Assembly (NCBI GenBank): GCA_047495785.1
Contig: JBLDXI010000074.1
Location: forward strand, 434,001-498,000
DNA from: Lepidodermella squamata
Lineage: Eukaryota > Animalia > Gastrotricha
Reading direction: 5' to 3'
Length of the DNA stretch: 64,000 nt
The notes under the pieces: generated by a model
The model's input: the letters and a program-made list of their open reading frames with translations, nothing else
Told to the model about the DNA's origin: nothing
Database searches by the model: none
Made by a program: the position numbers and the translations under genes
Shown here: positions 1-11,003 of the stretch, in pieces
Layout: each line of letters starts with the position of its first letter
How positions within the stretch are numbered: the first letter of the stretch is position 1

Positions 1-3000
1 AGAAGTAACGCCGATCTTAGTAAGATCTTACTAGGTCCTTACTGGGTAGCAGCACCGGGTTTAGGTCCCATTCTATCCTACTCGTCCCCCTCTATTCATC
101 TAACTATATCACTAGGTGCAAGTTTTTGGAAGTCTGTAAGGTCCACGGGTAGTTTTACTTTTACTAATAATGTCGCACTTCACCAAAAATAAATAAGAAA
201 AATGAAACACATATATGATGTAACATTCATATAGTAAACGCGCTGGGAAGAGAGTAAAAAAGCAGAGACTGAGGAAAAACGAGTATGAGTGACGAGTTTT
301 CCCGGCGGTATAGAGTGTACAGATGGGTTTGCTCGAATTCGATCGACATCTGCTGCTAAGTCGTAGAGGAATTTTTCGCGGCTATATCGCATTTATCACT
401 ATATAAATCCTTCGCTCATTTTGGCTCACTGAGCCACTGTTGCGCCACTAAGCCGCGCACATAGTGACTCGTGCGCGCAAACAACCTCCGCGGATTAGTC
501 AAACACCATGTTATCAGCAGATGTATAGGAACACGAATTTCCCCCATTACTATCACAACTGCTTCAGCTTGCGAGAAATATATATTAATATAATTAAAAA
601 TTAACGGAATAGCCTTAACCGCCATCATAACGCAAAAACTGTGTAGCACCTTAAAAGGGTGATTTTTTGGCGCCCGGGTGCTCCCTAACCGCCCGGTTGA
701 TTCTCGATTTTTTTATGTCGTTGGATAGCTGATGACCTGACTTAGATGGCAGGCCTAAACCGCCAGTAGTAAAACCTATTGCTTTCGTAAAAAGTCAGTC
801 GCTGTAATGCTACAACGTGGGTGCTGATACACCGCGGCGACCCAAAAGGGTGATCCTTTGGCGTTTGGCTGCTCTCTTAAGACTGGCGCGAGTAATGCGC
901 TAGGAAGTTATGCGCACTCACACTACCTGTTAAAAATGGTCTTTTGTTTGTTTTGCTATTGTTGACACAAATTTAAGCCGATAGCTCACTATGGCTCACT
1001 TTGGCTCATTGATTTAGCACCTTGTATACGCCTCGCTCATATACCTAATAAAGGTGAAGTTGAAACAGGTGAAAAATTTCGAGGAATAAATTGTTGCGGA
1101 CCTACTTGATAACGTCGACTTTCGGCTGGTTATTCAGAGTGGCAGACAAACAGTTTCATGAGACGACTCGAAAATAGGCATGTCGAAAGGGCCCTTGAAA
1201 TTCAAGTAGAGACACAATACTAGATCAGATTTGATTAATTAAATTCGCACCTTGAACAGTAATGCAACACGTGGAGCGTAGAGGTAACTTCCACAGAAGA
1301 TCAGCCTGGCATCGCACGGCGACCAACTTTCTGAAATTCAAACAATATACATTAATTTTGACATTATCGTCGACATTGCCGAGCGAATTGTCTTCGAAAT
1401 CAGCGTCATAGTCGAATTCGTCAGTAGCCTCTTCAAATTCGTCATCAACAGCGTTATACGCATTATCGGCAGGTTTAAATCGCTTAGCCGAACCGTAGTA
1501 GTAGACCGAATTATTTTCCTTGTCGTTACTCATACAGCAGTATAATCCAGTCAAACGCGCAGATGTGAAGAAATTATCAATTCAAAGCGATTCCGGAAGC
1601 AAGATGAGTCAAATAACCGATGAACGATGATAATACGCAATCTATATACGGGAATGAAATATATACAATACAGACTTATAATATAGTAGCGGCAGCATTG
1701 TTCGAAATTGATCTAATGTAACAAGCAATCAAGTGAAAAATTCAACTGTAAACCCAAGAAACGGGCGTGAGAGCTGGAAAATATAAAATAACACAACCGC
1801 ATTTTAGTTGTTGGCATGAAATCACGCGGAGATTTCTTGCTGGAACAGCGCCAGCATCAAAGCTCAAAAGATCCATGTACATAATCTATAGGATGAGCTA
1901 GCCAAAATCGCGCGGTGCGCGTAAAAAACACAAAAAAAGCGAGGTGTGGAACAAAAACGCGCCAAGTGTCAAGGTTTTATGAAAAATAATTTTAATTGAA
2001 AAAATTTAATAATATAAATTTGTGGATAAAACTAAATATTTTTTATAACTGATTATGCCGCAGTTTTCTGCATCCTTGACAAACAAGTTTGTCAAGTTTG
2101 TTGCACGAGTTTGATGAGCAAAGATCATCATTTTGTAAAGCAAAGCCGAGTGTTTTGATAATACAGATCGATTTGTCTCAAATTTTCGATCAGTAAACCC
2201 AGCTACTAAGATCTTAGTTATTTCTGCTTCCCGTCTTACTAAGAAGCTAACAAAGACACTTAGTAAGATCTTAGTAATTTAAGTAAGATTTTTCTTCTTG
2301 GGTAAGGTGTGCTACAAAATGTGAAAACTGTGCTACAATTTGGATTTAATTTGTGCTACACTTTGCGCCGCTGTGCTACAAATGGTCAAATTTGTGCTGC
2401 GTATAAATTCTTATCGCAGATAATCGCAGACATAGCAGGCTTCATTCTCTACAAAATATACCTACGCGGCTCAACTCGCGCCAGGTTGAATTTCATTGCG
2501 AAAAGCCGCGCCGAAATTCACGAGAAATGGCTATTTCGTAAATGAGCTAAAGGAGCTAGATAATCGATATTTTGCTGATTCTGGTACAAATGACACATTT
2601 TACGGTATATTTGGGATTTGTATCTCGTTGCGGTAGTCTTGCGGTAGTTAAGAGGTACTTTGTCGGAAAAACTTCCGAAATATTCGTAATATGGTGAAAT
2701 CGCGTATTTTATTACGACCTCAGCTCATCATTACACCCAAGATCCCGCGTTATCCAAAAATTCGCGTCCTTCAAATAGGGAAAAAGTACCACATAATTAT
2801 GTGCAAATAGGGGCACCCTTATAAAAATCAAGGTGTGATGTAAGAATTGCCAAAATTTTCACAGCCATTGTAAATCGTCGCACCCTTACGTCCGGAATAT
2901 TTCAAATATTTATTATTTTTCTCTGATTTTCAAGACCTGAGAAACATGGATTTGTCGAAAATAAGAGCTTTTACGGTATCAGTTGCTGGCAATATTAGAG

Positions 3001-3029
3001 GATAATATAGAGTTACACATATTGTTGAA

Positions 3030-3416
3030 ATTGAAGCAGTTGTCGACGGTTCTAAACGCGGCTTGGCGTGAGCTTTCTTTTGAGCCCAAGCTTGACCTTC
3101 AACGATTTTTTAATGAAGTTTAACAATTTTTTTAAGTTTTTCGGTGGGACGCTATTACTTTTGGTTTGGACATCTTAACCCTTAGCCACACATGTGATTC
3201 ACGCGCAAGATCCGCGGCCTGTGCTCTGGTTTAGATTCATGCTTGTTTGTTTGTGTCTGTTTTGCTTACAACCAAAAAGTAATGGCGTTTCCTACCGAAA
3301 AACTTCAAAAAATTGTTAAAATTCATTAAAAAATCGATGAAGGTCAAGCTTGGGCTCAAAAGAAAGCTCACGCCTCACGCCAAGCCGCGTTCAGAACCGT
3401 CGACAACTGCTTCAAT
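3030..3416. repeat. Foldback/MITE-like inverted repeat
   Basis: About 3030-3166 (ttgaagcagttgtcgacggttc...ttacttttggtt) is the imperfect reverse complement of about 3270-3416, with a ~100-bp spacer. No TSD identified. Confidence 0.8.
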
Positions 3417-3732
3417 ATCGCTTTTATTCTTGTTGATATCCAATTTTATTTGTAAGGTCAGAAACTATAAAGCGCACTTTGAACAATTTAAAAAAATCCT
3501 AAAATCACGAAAAAAAACCATCGTGTTCGTCGTGAAATTCTCCTCCAGGTTCCAACCACAAACTTGGGAGAACCAGCTCTAATCAACGAAATCGATTGAA
3601 GAAAAATCAACTTCTTTGTTTACTTTCCCACCGAAATTTTGAGCGTTTTTCATGATTCAGCTGAACATCTGCGACCCATGGTGTTCCGCTCTTTTCTCGT
3701 GAGTAGGCAGTCTATCCTAAATTATGTCTATG

Positions 3733-4067
3733 ATAGCATCCGTTGTGCGTCACGTGGTTATGCCGGCAGTGGTCAGAACGCGGCATCGGGCCTTCCGGGA
3801 CGCAAACATATGCGCATCCTTGATGAACACCTCCAACGGACCACACGACTTCACAACACCGGTAATATTTTTCAGATTCGAAAAATCACACTCGACGTAA
3901 CTGTGGCAATTATCATGCAGTGGGACGGCGCGAAACCCGGCTTTAACCACCTTGCTGTAGTGGCAGACATCGGTCGGGGTGACGCGTTCCAACTGCCGGG
4001 CCAGGCCGGTTTTAACATGGTTACGGCGGAAGGGCGTGGTCGGCGGGACGTAAGGCTTCTGCGTCAT
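3733..4067 (-). pseudogene. Left half of a duplicated exon 2 of the VWA-CBM14-LamG gene B (chitin-binding domain part), frameshifted
   Basis: Near-identical to 55447-55779 (MTQKPYVPPTTPF...CHSYVECDF...CGPLEVF). A 2-bp insertion near 3808 (acatatgcg vs acgtgcg) shifts the frame. Confidence 0.92.
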
Positions 4068-5380
4068 TCGACGTTTTGCGTGCTATCTATGTTAATTCTA
4101 ATTCTATATCAAACAAAATTGATGAGCTCTTGGATAAAATTCGTTCTCTCGATGCTGATTCTCTTAACATAATCAAACTAATCATGATAACTGAGACTTG
4201 GTTGAGAAATGAAGATGTTCTTAATTCTCTTAAGAATTCTGGATTCATTCCTTATCGGTGTGATAGAAACGTGCTGGGTAATGCTATTAGAGGATCAGGC
4301 GGTGCCTTGATTGCTGTCCATGAATCTGTTCCTTCTAAGGAACTAGCTTCTTTTCAAGATGACCTGATCGAAGTCGTTATCTGTCAAATCTATCCTTCTT
4401 CAAATCGATCTCTGGACATCGCCTGTGTTTATCGCTCACCTTACGCTAGCGATGACGCCTCGTCCAGATTGTTCTCGTTTCTTTCTGATCATATTGATTC
4501 CGACACTCTAATCGTTGGTGACTTTAACCTTCCAGGTTACGACTGGACCTTCAAATCTTTTCCTTCTTCTAAGCTTTTTCGCGAGTTCTCTGATTTCTTC
4601 GGTGAGAATTGTCTAACACAATTTGTGGATAAGCCTACTCACACCGATGGTAATATCTTGGACCTCATCATGTCCAATAACAACCGGCTGGTCGATAATA
4701 TTGATATTTACGCGCCGTTATCCCACTGAGGTCATTTTCCGATATCGTTCGATATTAGAATTGAATCGTCTACCAAGTCTAACAATTTAGCCAATTTAAA
4801 TGGCGTTTTCAATTTATCGAAAACAGATTTCTCTAGTTTCAACAGCTTTGTTAGCTCCGTTGACTGGGACAAAGCTTTTCTTGGCTGCGACGTTGATCTA
4901 ATGTACGCCAGGTTCTTGTGTGTGAGTCTTAGTGGTATAATTCAGTTCTGCCCTAGGCGACCCTCTAATATCGTGAACTGCAAAAACCGTAGTGTCATTT
5001 TCAATAACAAAACAGTTCGGCACTTGGCTAATGTGAAAAACCGCAAGTTCCGTCAGTATTGCGATAACACTATTACTAAAGAAGCCTATCTTGAGGCTGA
5101 GAAAAATTATGCTAATTCGGTCAAGGCTTCCAGGCTAGAGTTTGAGAAAAACTTCGCAGCCGAAAACAACCCGTCGAATTTGTTCAAGTATACTAATTCT
5201 AGAATCAAGGCTCTTATTAATCGCCTACCGCTACTCGTTCACAATTGAGTTGACGTTACTGATGATGCATCGAAAGCGGAAATATTTCGTGAGACTTTCG
5301 AAAAAATTTTTCGTACTCCTACTCATGCGAATACGAAGGATTATAAAATTGTAAACGACTGTAGGGCGCAACTCGATGTA
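4068..5380 (+). mobile_element. 5'-truncated CR1/L2-group LINE fragment: APE endonuclease plus linker, degenerate
   Basis: ORF 4076-4729 has the motifs YVNSNS, ITETWL, RCDR..GGALIAV, VYRSP, GDFN and ILDL. It continues past stops into 4901-5248 (linker). No RT follows. Confidence 0.85.
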
Positions 5381-5633
5381 TTTTATTAAACGATTAAAAT
5401 GACAAAATAACAGATTATTATTAGTATCATTACAGCACGCGATCTTCGCATCGCGTGTTAGCTACATTGGCGCCTGGGCGCCGTAAAACCTGTGTGTCAA
5501 TTATTCTCCCGTAACAATAGAAGAAAACAGCTATTTAAGCTGACTGTTTCACCAGTCAAAAAATAAGGACAAAAATTCTACGAAAACTCCTGTAACTATC
5601 GAAAACTCTGGTATTCCCTTTAAAATTTGAGAA

Positions 5634-6185
5634 AAACTTTTTTCATCAGACATATGTCTTCTTTTATCAGACGTATGTCTTATTTCATCCGACAACCTGA
5701 AATGTGACTTGAAATAACCGACATGGAATTTGCCTAAATTCAAACTTTGCCGAGCATCTCTGCCCAATAGCCAAGCCCAGGAACCAAAAAACTCAGTTCT
5801 TTATATTCGATCCGTGGCTCCAATCGATTCCAAAACCAGAAATATCTTGAGGAACCCATGAGTTGGCGGAATCGGGACTTCAAAATGACGTCCTTTGACG
5901 TAAAAAAAGGTTCAATGCTGTTCGAAATCCTGACTTTAAAAGGATTTTATCAACTCATCAATATTCCTAAACCAAATAATCCTTTGCCGAATCAATATCG
6001 ACTCCGGAATCACTAGATATCCACGGCAACCAAGTTATCCTTGAAGTTCCCTCATTTTCTAAAAATTCAGTGAAACTTGGTTCCGAGTGAGAACTGTTGT
6101 CGGATAATTAAAGTCACATTTTAGGATGTCGGATGAAATAAGACATTTGTCTGATAGAAGAAGACTTATGTCTGATGAAAAAAGT
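5634..6185. repeat. Inverted-repeat element (MITE-like), right end cut by the RTE insertion
   Basis: About 5634-5710 (tcatcagacatatgtcttc...aatgtgactt) is inverted at about 6111-6185. Confidence 0.6.
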
Positions 6186-6271
6186 CACACCCTAAAATTT
6201 GCACTATAAATATAACTACTTTAAATAAGAAAATAGAAGAAGCTAATCATGAATTTTGTGTATATGATGTA

Positions 6272-7475
6272 CACAGTAAAAAATAACTCAGTCATCACCA
6301 ATTACACAAATCGGTGATTACTATCTATCGGCGTTAAATCCCGGCAAAACTGAGTTCGCAACCGACTTTTTGCCAAATTCCGCTATAACCGAGTAAAATA
6401 AGTCGGTTTTAAACTCGACATATGAAGAAAACCCGGCATAACCGAGTTTTTTACTCGGTTGAGCACCATTTTGAAGCCTTTCAAGGGTTTTAAGGTTATT
6501 TCAGGTTACTTGAGTGTATTTAGCCTTGCATAGAAAATCGATAATCGGCTATTGATTATCGATTATCGATCGATCAAATTATCGATTTCTTGAATTCAAA
6601 TGATTTCATTATTTTTCGAAACAGCTAAAACCGGCGAGCCCACGCCTAGCCCTACGGTTTTAGGCTTTCCACGCTCTTTGTTGTCTCTTGCACATGATCA
6701 AAGCAATATAATTATGAGACCTATTAGAAAACGGATTCCACCAGAAGATTCCCCATGAAAAACTGCAGTAGAAAACATTTTCAAAATAAAAAAATAAAAA
6801 AATAAAAATAAAAATAAAGCATAAACAAAAATGATCAATATTTGGATCTAGACACCCTCTGTGGGTACCATGGGTGGGATGGACCTCCTTCCAACTGCTC
6901 TGCGAGCAAATCGCCCTACCTATTTCCCTCACACTTGAGTCAAAAATGAATTAAAAAAACCGGCTTGAAACTTATATACCCCTATTAACCCTTACGTTAT
7001 AAGCGTGACCAGCTGGTCTAATGGTAGCGCGTCCACCTCTTTGGCAAGGCGACCCCGGTTCGACTCCAACCGACGACACAACTCAACATCGAGCGATTTG
7101 TCTTCGATTCTTTCAAACAATATTAGGAGTCGATCTACAATGGTTACCGGCACCTGGGACCTAAGTGGGGTTACAAATTCACATTAATTATTGCATTTTT
7201 AAGATGGAGCCTGTTTTGAATCCCTCGGTTATAACCTTGCAGGAAATCGGTAAAAATGAACTTAAAAGTCGGTTTTCACCTATTTATGGGCTGGTTTTCA
7301 CCGATTTTGTCAAATCGGTTGTTAAAAACTCGGTTGTAACTAACTCGGTTGTCACCGAAAAAGTCGGTAAACACCTGGTGCACGCTCAGTTTTGCCGGGA
7401 ATCAATTAACATGTAAATTGGTGATCACCGAGTAGCCATTTTAGCTCGGTAATCACTGAGTTATTTTTTACTGTG
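6272..7475. mobile_element. Non-autonomous DNA transposon with CAC...GTG termini and TA duplication (CMC/EnSpm-like)
   Basis: TIR cacagtaaaaaataactcagt / actgagttattttttactgtg, flanked by TA at 6270-71 and 7476-77. Subterminal accgag/ctcggt repeats are present. Excision restores the RTE frame. Confidence 0.85.
7005..7080 (+). other. tRNA-derived (SINE-head-like) Pol III promoter segment
   Basis: A box TGGTCTAATGG and B box GGTTCGACTCC at tRNA-like spacing. No proper acceptor or anticodon stems. Confidence 0.6.
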
Positions 7476-7787
7476 TAGTGGCTATACAAGAGCACTGCAT
7501 AAAAGGCCAAGGCCGCATAAATCTAAGGCATGGCACACTGTACTACAGCGGCGTAAATGATGGTAGGGCCCAATCAGGAACAGGCCTCTATGTGCGTCGT
7601 TGTAAACACATACAAGTTATTGAGGTCAAAAATATCAATGAACGTATTATATCGGCTAGGCTTAAAGTAAATCGCGATATGTTTAACATCATTTCTGTCT
7701 ACGCACCAGCCAATAACTGCACTAAAACTCTAGATGCCTTTCTCCATGTATTACAACAAGAATTTTCTCGTGTCAATTCGAAAAAAG

Positions 7788-8266
7788 CAGAGACTTTGAT
7801 TTGATTTGATTTGATTGTGATTTGATTTGATTTAGGCCATTTTTTGATGATTTGATTTATTGATGATTTGATTTAGAAAATTTCAGAATGATTTGATTTG
7901 ATTTAAATTTAGCCCACTTGATTTACTGCTGATTTATAAAAATCAGAACTCTCGGATTTCCCCCTTTTACTAAACACGAGAACTTTTGCCTTGAAAACTG
8001 CTGTTTTGCAAAGCCTGGAGCTATTCATGCCCTTTCACTCCCATTCTGCCAAAACCAAGCTTGAAATTTGAAAGAATCCCCAGAAATTTACCATGATACT
8101 CATGTTTCCCTATGCGAAAGATTTGATTTGATTTGATTTAAACGGGCCTGATGATTTGATTTGATTCATTTACTATCGATTTTTTGGGGATTTGATTTGA
8201 AATGATTGATTTACAAAGACCTGTGATTTACTGAATAAATCAAATCAAATCAAATCAAAGTCACTG
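7788..8266. mobile_element. hAT-type MITE with (GATTT)n subterminal repeats
   Basis: TIR cagagactttgatttgattt / aaatcaaatcaaagtcactg. 8-bp TSD GAAAAAAG at 7780-7787 and 8267-8274. Confidence 0.9.
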
Positions 8267-8288
8267 GAAAAAAGGCACCACCCTTATA

Positions 8289-11003
8289 ATGGGCGACTTG
8301 AACGGGCGCGTCTTAAGTGAAAAAAAATCTAAATTAGTAGGCCCTTATGGTGATAGCATAGGAAATGATAAAGGAAATTTATGGGTCGAATTTGCAAATA
8401 GCAATAATTTGTGCTTTGTCAACACGTTCTTCCCCAACATAGGCTATACCTGGCAAAGGGGCAGTGGAAAAACGCAACGTAGGTCATTTCTTGACTATAT
8501 TTTGGTCGATAAAAAAGAAAGGGACAAATTTCTAAATTGTGATATACAGGAAACGCCAATCCTTGAATCAGATCATAGGCTTGTTAGAGGTGTTATTAAT
8601 TGCCCTAATTTTGTACGAGAAAAGGTTGAAATTACAAAATCTGTTAAACATCATTTGCTTAGAAAAGAGGAATACAGTACTAAATTTAATGAGAATTTAG
8701 CAAACAAAATTGTAAAAAATGTCGAAAACCCTGTTTCAATTGAAGAGACATGGGTTAATGCTAAATCTAACCTTCTGGATGCCGCCAGAACCTCCTGCGG
8801 TGAACGGAAAAAGGGCACAGTAAGCGAAAAACCGCCCTGGTGGACACCATTGGCCAACCAAATCATTCAAAAAGGGAAAGAAAATTTTAGAAATTACACA
8901 AAGGGCCGAATAGACCGAGAACATTTCACTATGGCTAGGAATGAGAAAAATCATGCCCTTGAACGTCTGAAAATTATTAAGGATCAAACTGAATTCTCGG
9001 AATTGGACAAATTACTTGAAAACCCTACGGATTATGATAATATCAAAAAATTCTGGCTGGAAATCAAAAAGCTGAAAGGAGAGAGCAGAGAGAAAAGCGA
9101 ACCCCACCCTCTAGAAAAGGAAGACGGTTCTCTTACCAGCGGAATAGATGAAATCTTGGAGGTAATGAAATCTTATTTTATGGATCTTTTACAAGGGCTT
9201 GAAAACGAACCCAATAACCCAGATAGCGACCTTTTCTTAGGTGAAAATCCAAGTTTAACTGAAATATCTCTCACCGAAATTAAAAACGCTATCGACCACA
9301 TGAAAAACGGTAAAGCCCCGGGGATAGATGAAATTAGACCTGAAATGATTAAGGCCTTAAGCGAGGCCAATATTGAATGGCTCAAGGAAATTTTGAATCG
9401 AGCTTGGACTGATAAGAGGGTCCCTGAAGAATGGTCAACGGCGATAATTACCCCAATTTATAAAAACAAAGGTGAGAAATCAAAATGTCAAAATTACAGA
9501 GGCATAAGCCTCTTAAGTGTTGTAGGAAAACTGTATGCCATTATCCTTGAACGAAAATTAAGAGCATTGATTGGCTCAAAAATATCTAAATTACAATTCG
9601 GTTTTCAGCCACTTAAGGGCACCAGAGACTGTATTTATGTCCTGCGACAAATCATCGAAAAAATTATGTTGTTTAAGAAAGAACTTCATTTAGTTTTCAT
9701 AGACCTCGAAAAAGCCTATGATCTGGTCGACAGAGAAAAAGTATGGGCTGCCCTCCAAAACATGGGCGTAGATCCCAGTTTGATTGAAGCTATTCAAAGT
9801 CTATATAAAATTAATAAAGTCGCTGTTAGAGTAGATTCAGAGCTCTCAGAGTTTTTCTATGTAACTAGGGGGCTGAGACAAGGTTGCCCACTGTCCCCTT
9901 TGCTATTCATAGCGACTTTCAACAAAATTTGCGAAAAAATAGCAGCTGAAAAAATAGGCTTTCCTATTGGCGAGACCGCAAACAGTGAGACCGGTATGAG
10001 CGAGACTGATTTTCTTAATTTACTAGCGTTTGCTGACGACGGAACACTTTTAGGCATGAGCCACGACGAAATTTCACGACTACTTAATATTTTCGATTTG
10101 GCTTGCACCGAATTGGGTTTGAAAATAAACGTGGCAAAAACTCAATATGTAATTATTTCTAAGGACGAGTCGGCTGCACAAAATTACGAATTGGAACTAA
10201 ACGGGAAAAAACTTGAAAAAGTGACAAAATTCAAATATTTAGGCAGTATTATTACTAGTGACGGCAAAATCGACGAGGAACTGAACTATAGGATTTCTAA
10301 AGCGGGCAGTGTTTTCGGAGCCATGAATAAATTCATGTGCAACAAAAATCAGGTTTCCATAGCAACAAAACTTAAGGTATTGACATGTGTTATAATACCT
10401 ACCATCATTTACGCGTGCGAATCATGGAACATATCGGTAGCCCAAGAAAATAGATTAAATACTATAGAATATCGTTGGCTCCGATCAATAGTAGGTGTCC
10501 ACTTAATGGACTACATTCCTAACATAGACATAAGGCTGGCTCTATGCGGAGGTCTCATTGAAGTGAGCCGCATAGTTGAAAAACAACGGTTAAGGTACTT
10601 CGGACACATTGTTAGATCACGTGACTACGACGAGGAAGGACTAATTAACAAAATTTATATTTGGACGCCTCCGTTGGGATGGTTTGCACCTAGAGGACGA
10701 CCCCGAACTAGATGGATCCACGGAGTGCATAGAAGTTTGATTAAAGTAGGACTGACTAAGGAATTACGCCGGAAAAAGAAAACTAGCACTAAGAATGAGG
10801 CCAAGGATAAGAAGGGCAAAACGCCAAAGAAAAAATGTAAGGAAAAAACCGGCGAAAAGGAGTTTGAAATCAAAATTATACCCGATTTTCAACTAGCTGA
10901 ATTGATGTCTTTTGAAAAAGATGAATGGCGCATGATTGTTAACTCGATTGAAAACTATGAATTTTTCGGAAAAAGCAAGATCTTCAACTGTGGGGGTGGG
11001 TAA
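8289..11003 (+). CDS. RTE retrotransposon ORF (C-terminal APE part plus reverse transcriptase)
   Basis: Motifs GDLNG, LDY, SDHR, KAPGID, NYRGISLL, QFGF, FIDLEKAYD, GLRQGCPLSPLLF, LAFADD, FKYLGS, RLRYFGH and RGRPRTRW. Confidence 0.95.
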   Translation: MGDLNGRVLSEKKSKLVGPYGDSIGNDKGNLWVEFANSNNLCFVNTFFPNIGYTWQRGSGKTQRRSFLDYILVDKKERDKFLNCDIQETPILESDHRLVRGVINCPNFVREKVEITKSVKHHLLRKEEYSTKFNENLANKIVKNVENPVSIEETWVNAKSNLLDAARTSCGERKKGTVSEKPPWWTPLANQIIQKGKENFRNYTKGRIDREHFTMARNEKNHALERLKIIKDQTEFSELDKLLENPTDYDNIKKFWLEIKKLKGESREKSEPHPLEKEDGSLTSGIDEILEVMKSYFMDLLQGLENEPNNPDSDLFLGENPSLTEISLTEIKNAIDHMKNGKAPGIDEIRPEMIKALSEANIEWLKEILNRAWTDKRVPEEWSTAIITPIYKNKGEKSKCQNYRGISLLSVVGKLYAIILERKLRALIGSKISKLQFGFQPLKGTRDCIYVLRQIIEKIMLFKKELHLVFIDLEKAYDLVDREKVWAALQNMGVDPSLIEAIQSLYKINKVAVRVDSELSEFFYVTRGLRQGCPLSPLLFIATFNKICEKIAAEKIGFPIGETANSETGMSETDFLNLLAFADDGTLLGMSHDEISRLLNIFDLACTELGLKINVAKTQYVIISKDESAAQNYELELNGKKLEKVTKFKYLGSIITSDGKIDEELNYRISKAGSVFGAMNKFMCNKNQVSIATKLKVLTCVIIPTIIYACESWNISVAQENRLNTIEYRWLRSIVGVHLMDYIPNIDIRLALCGGLIEVSRIVEKQRLRYFGHIVRSRDYDEEGLINKIYIWTPPLGWFAPRGRPRTRWIHGVHRSLIKVGLTKELRRKKKTSTKNEAKDKKGKTPKKKCKEKTGEKEFEIKIIPDFQLAELMSFEKDEWRMIVNSIENYEFFGKSKIFNCGGG

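Noticed and set aside
1225-1554. Acidic 109-aa ORF
   Set aside because: No recognisable domain, and the frame is interrupted by stops on both sides; probably a decayed repeat.
6272-6300. CACAGT terminus resembling a V(D)J RSS heptamer (Transib/RAG-like)
   Set aside because: TSD is 2 bp (TA), not 5 bp. There is no properly spaced nonamer and no RAG-like ORF.
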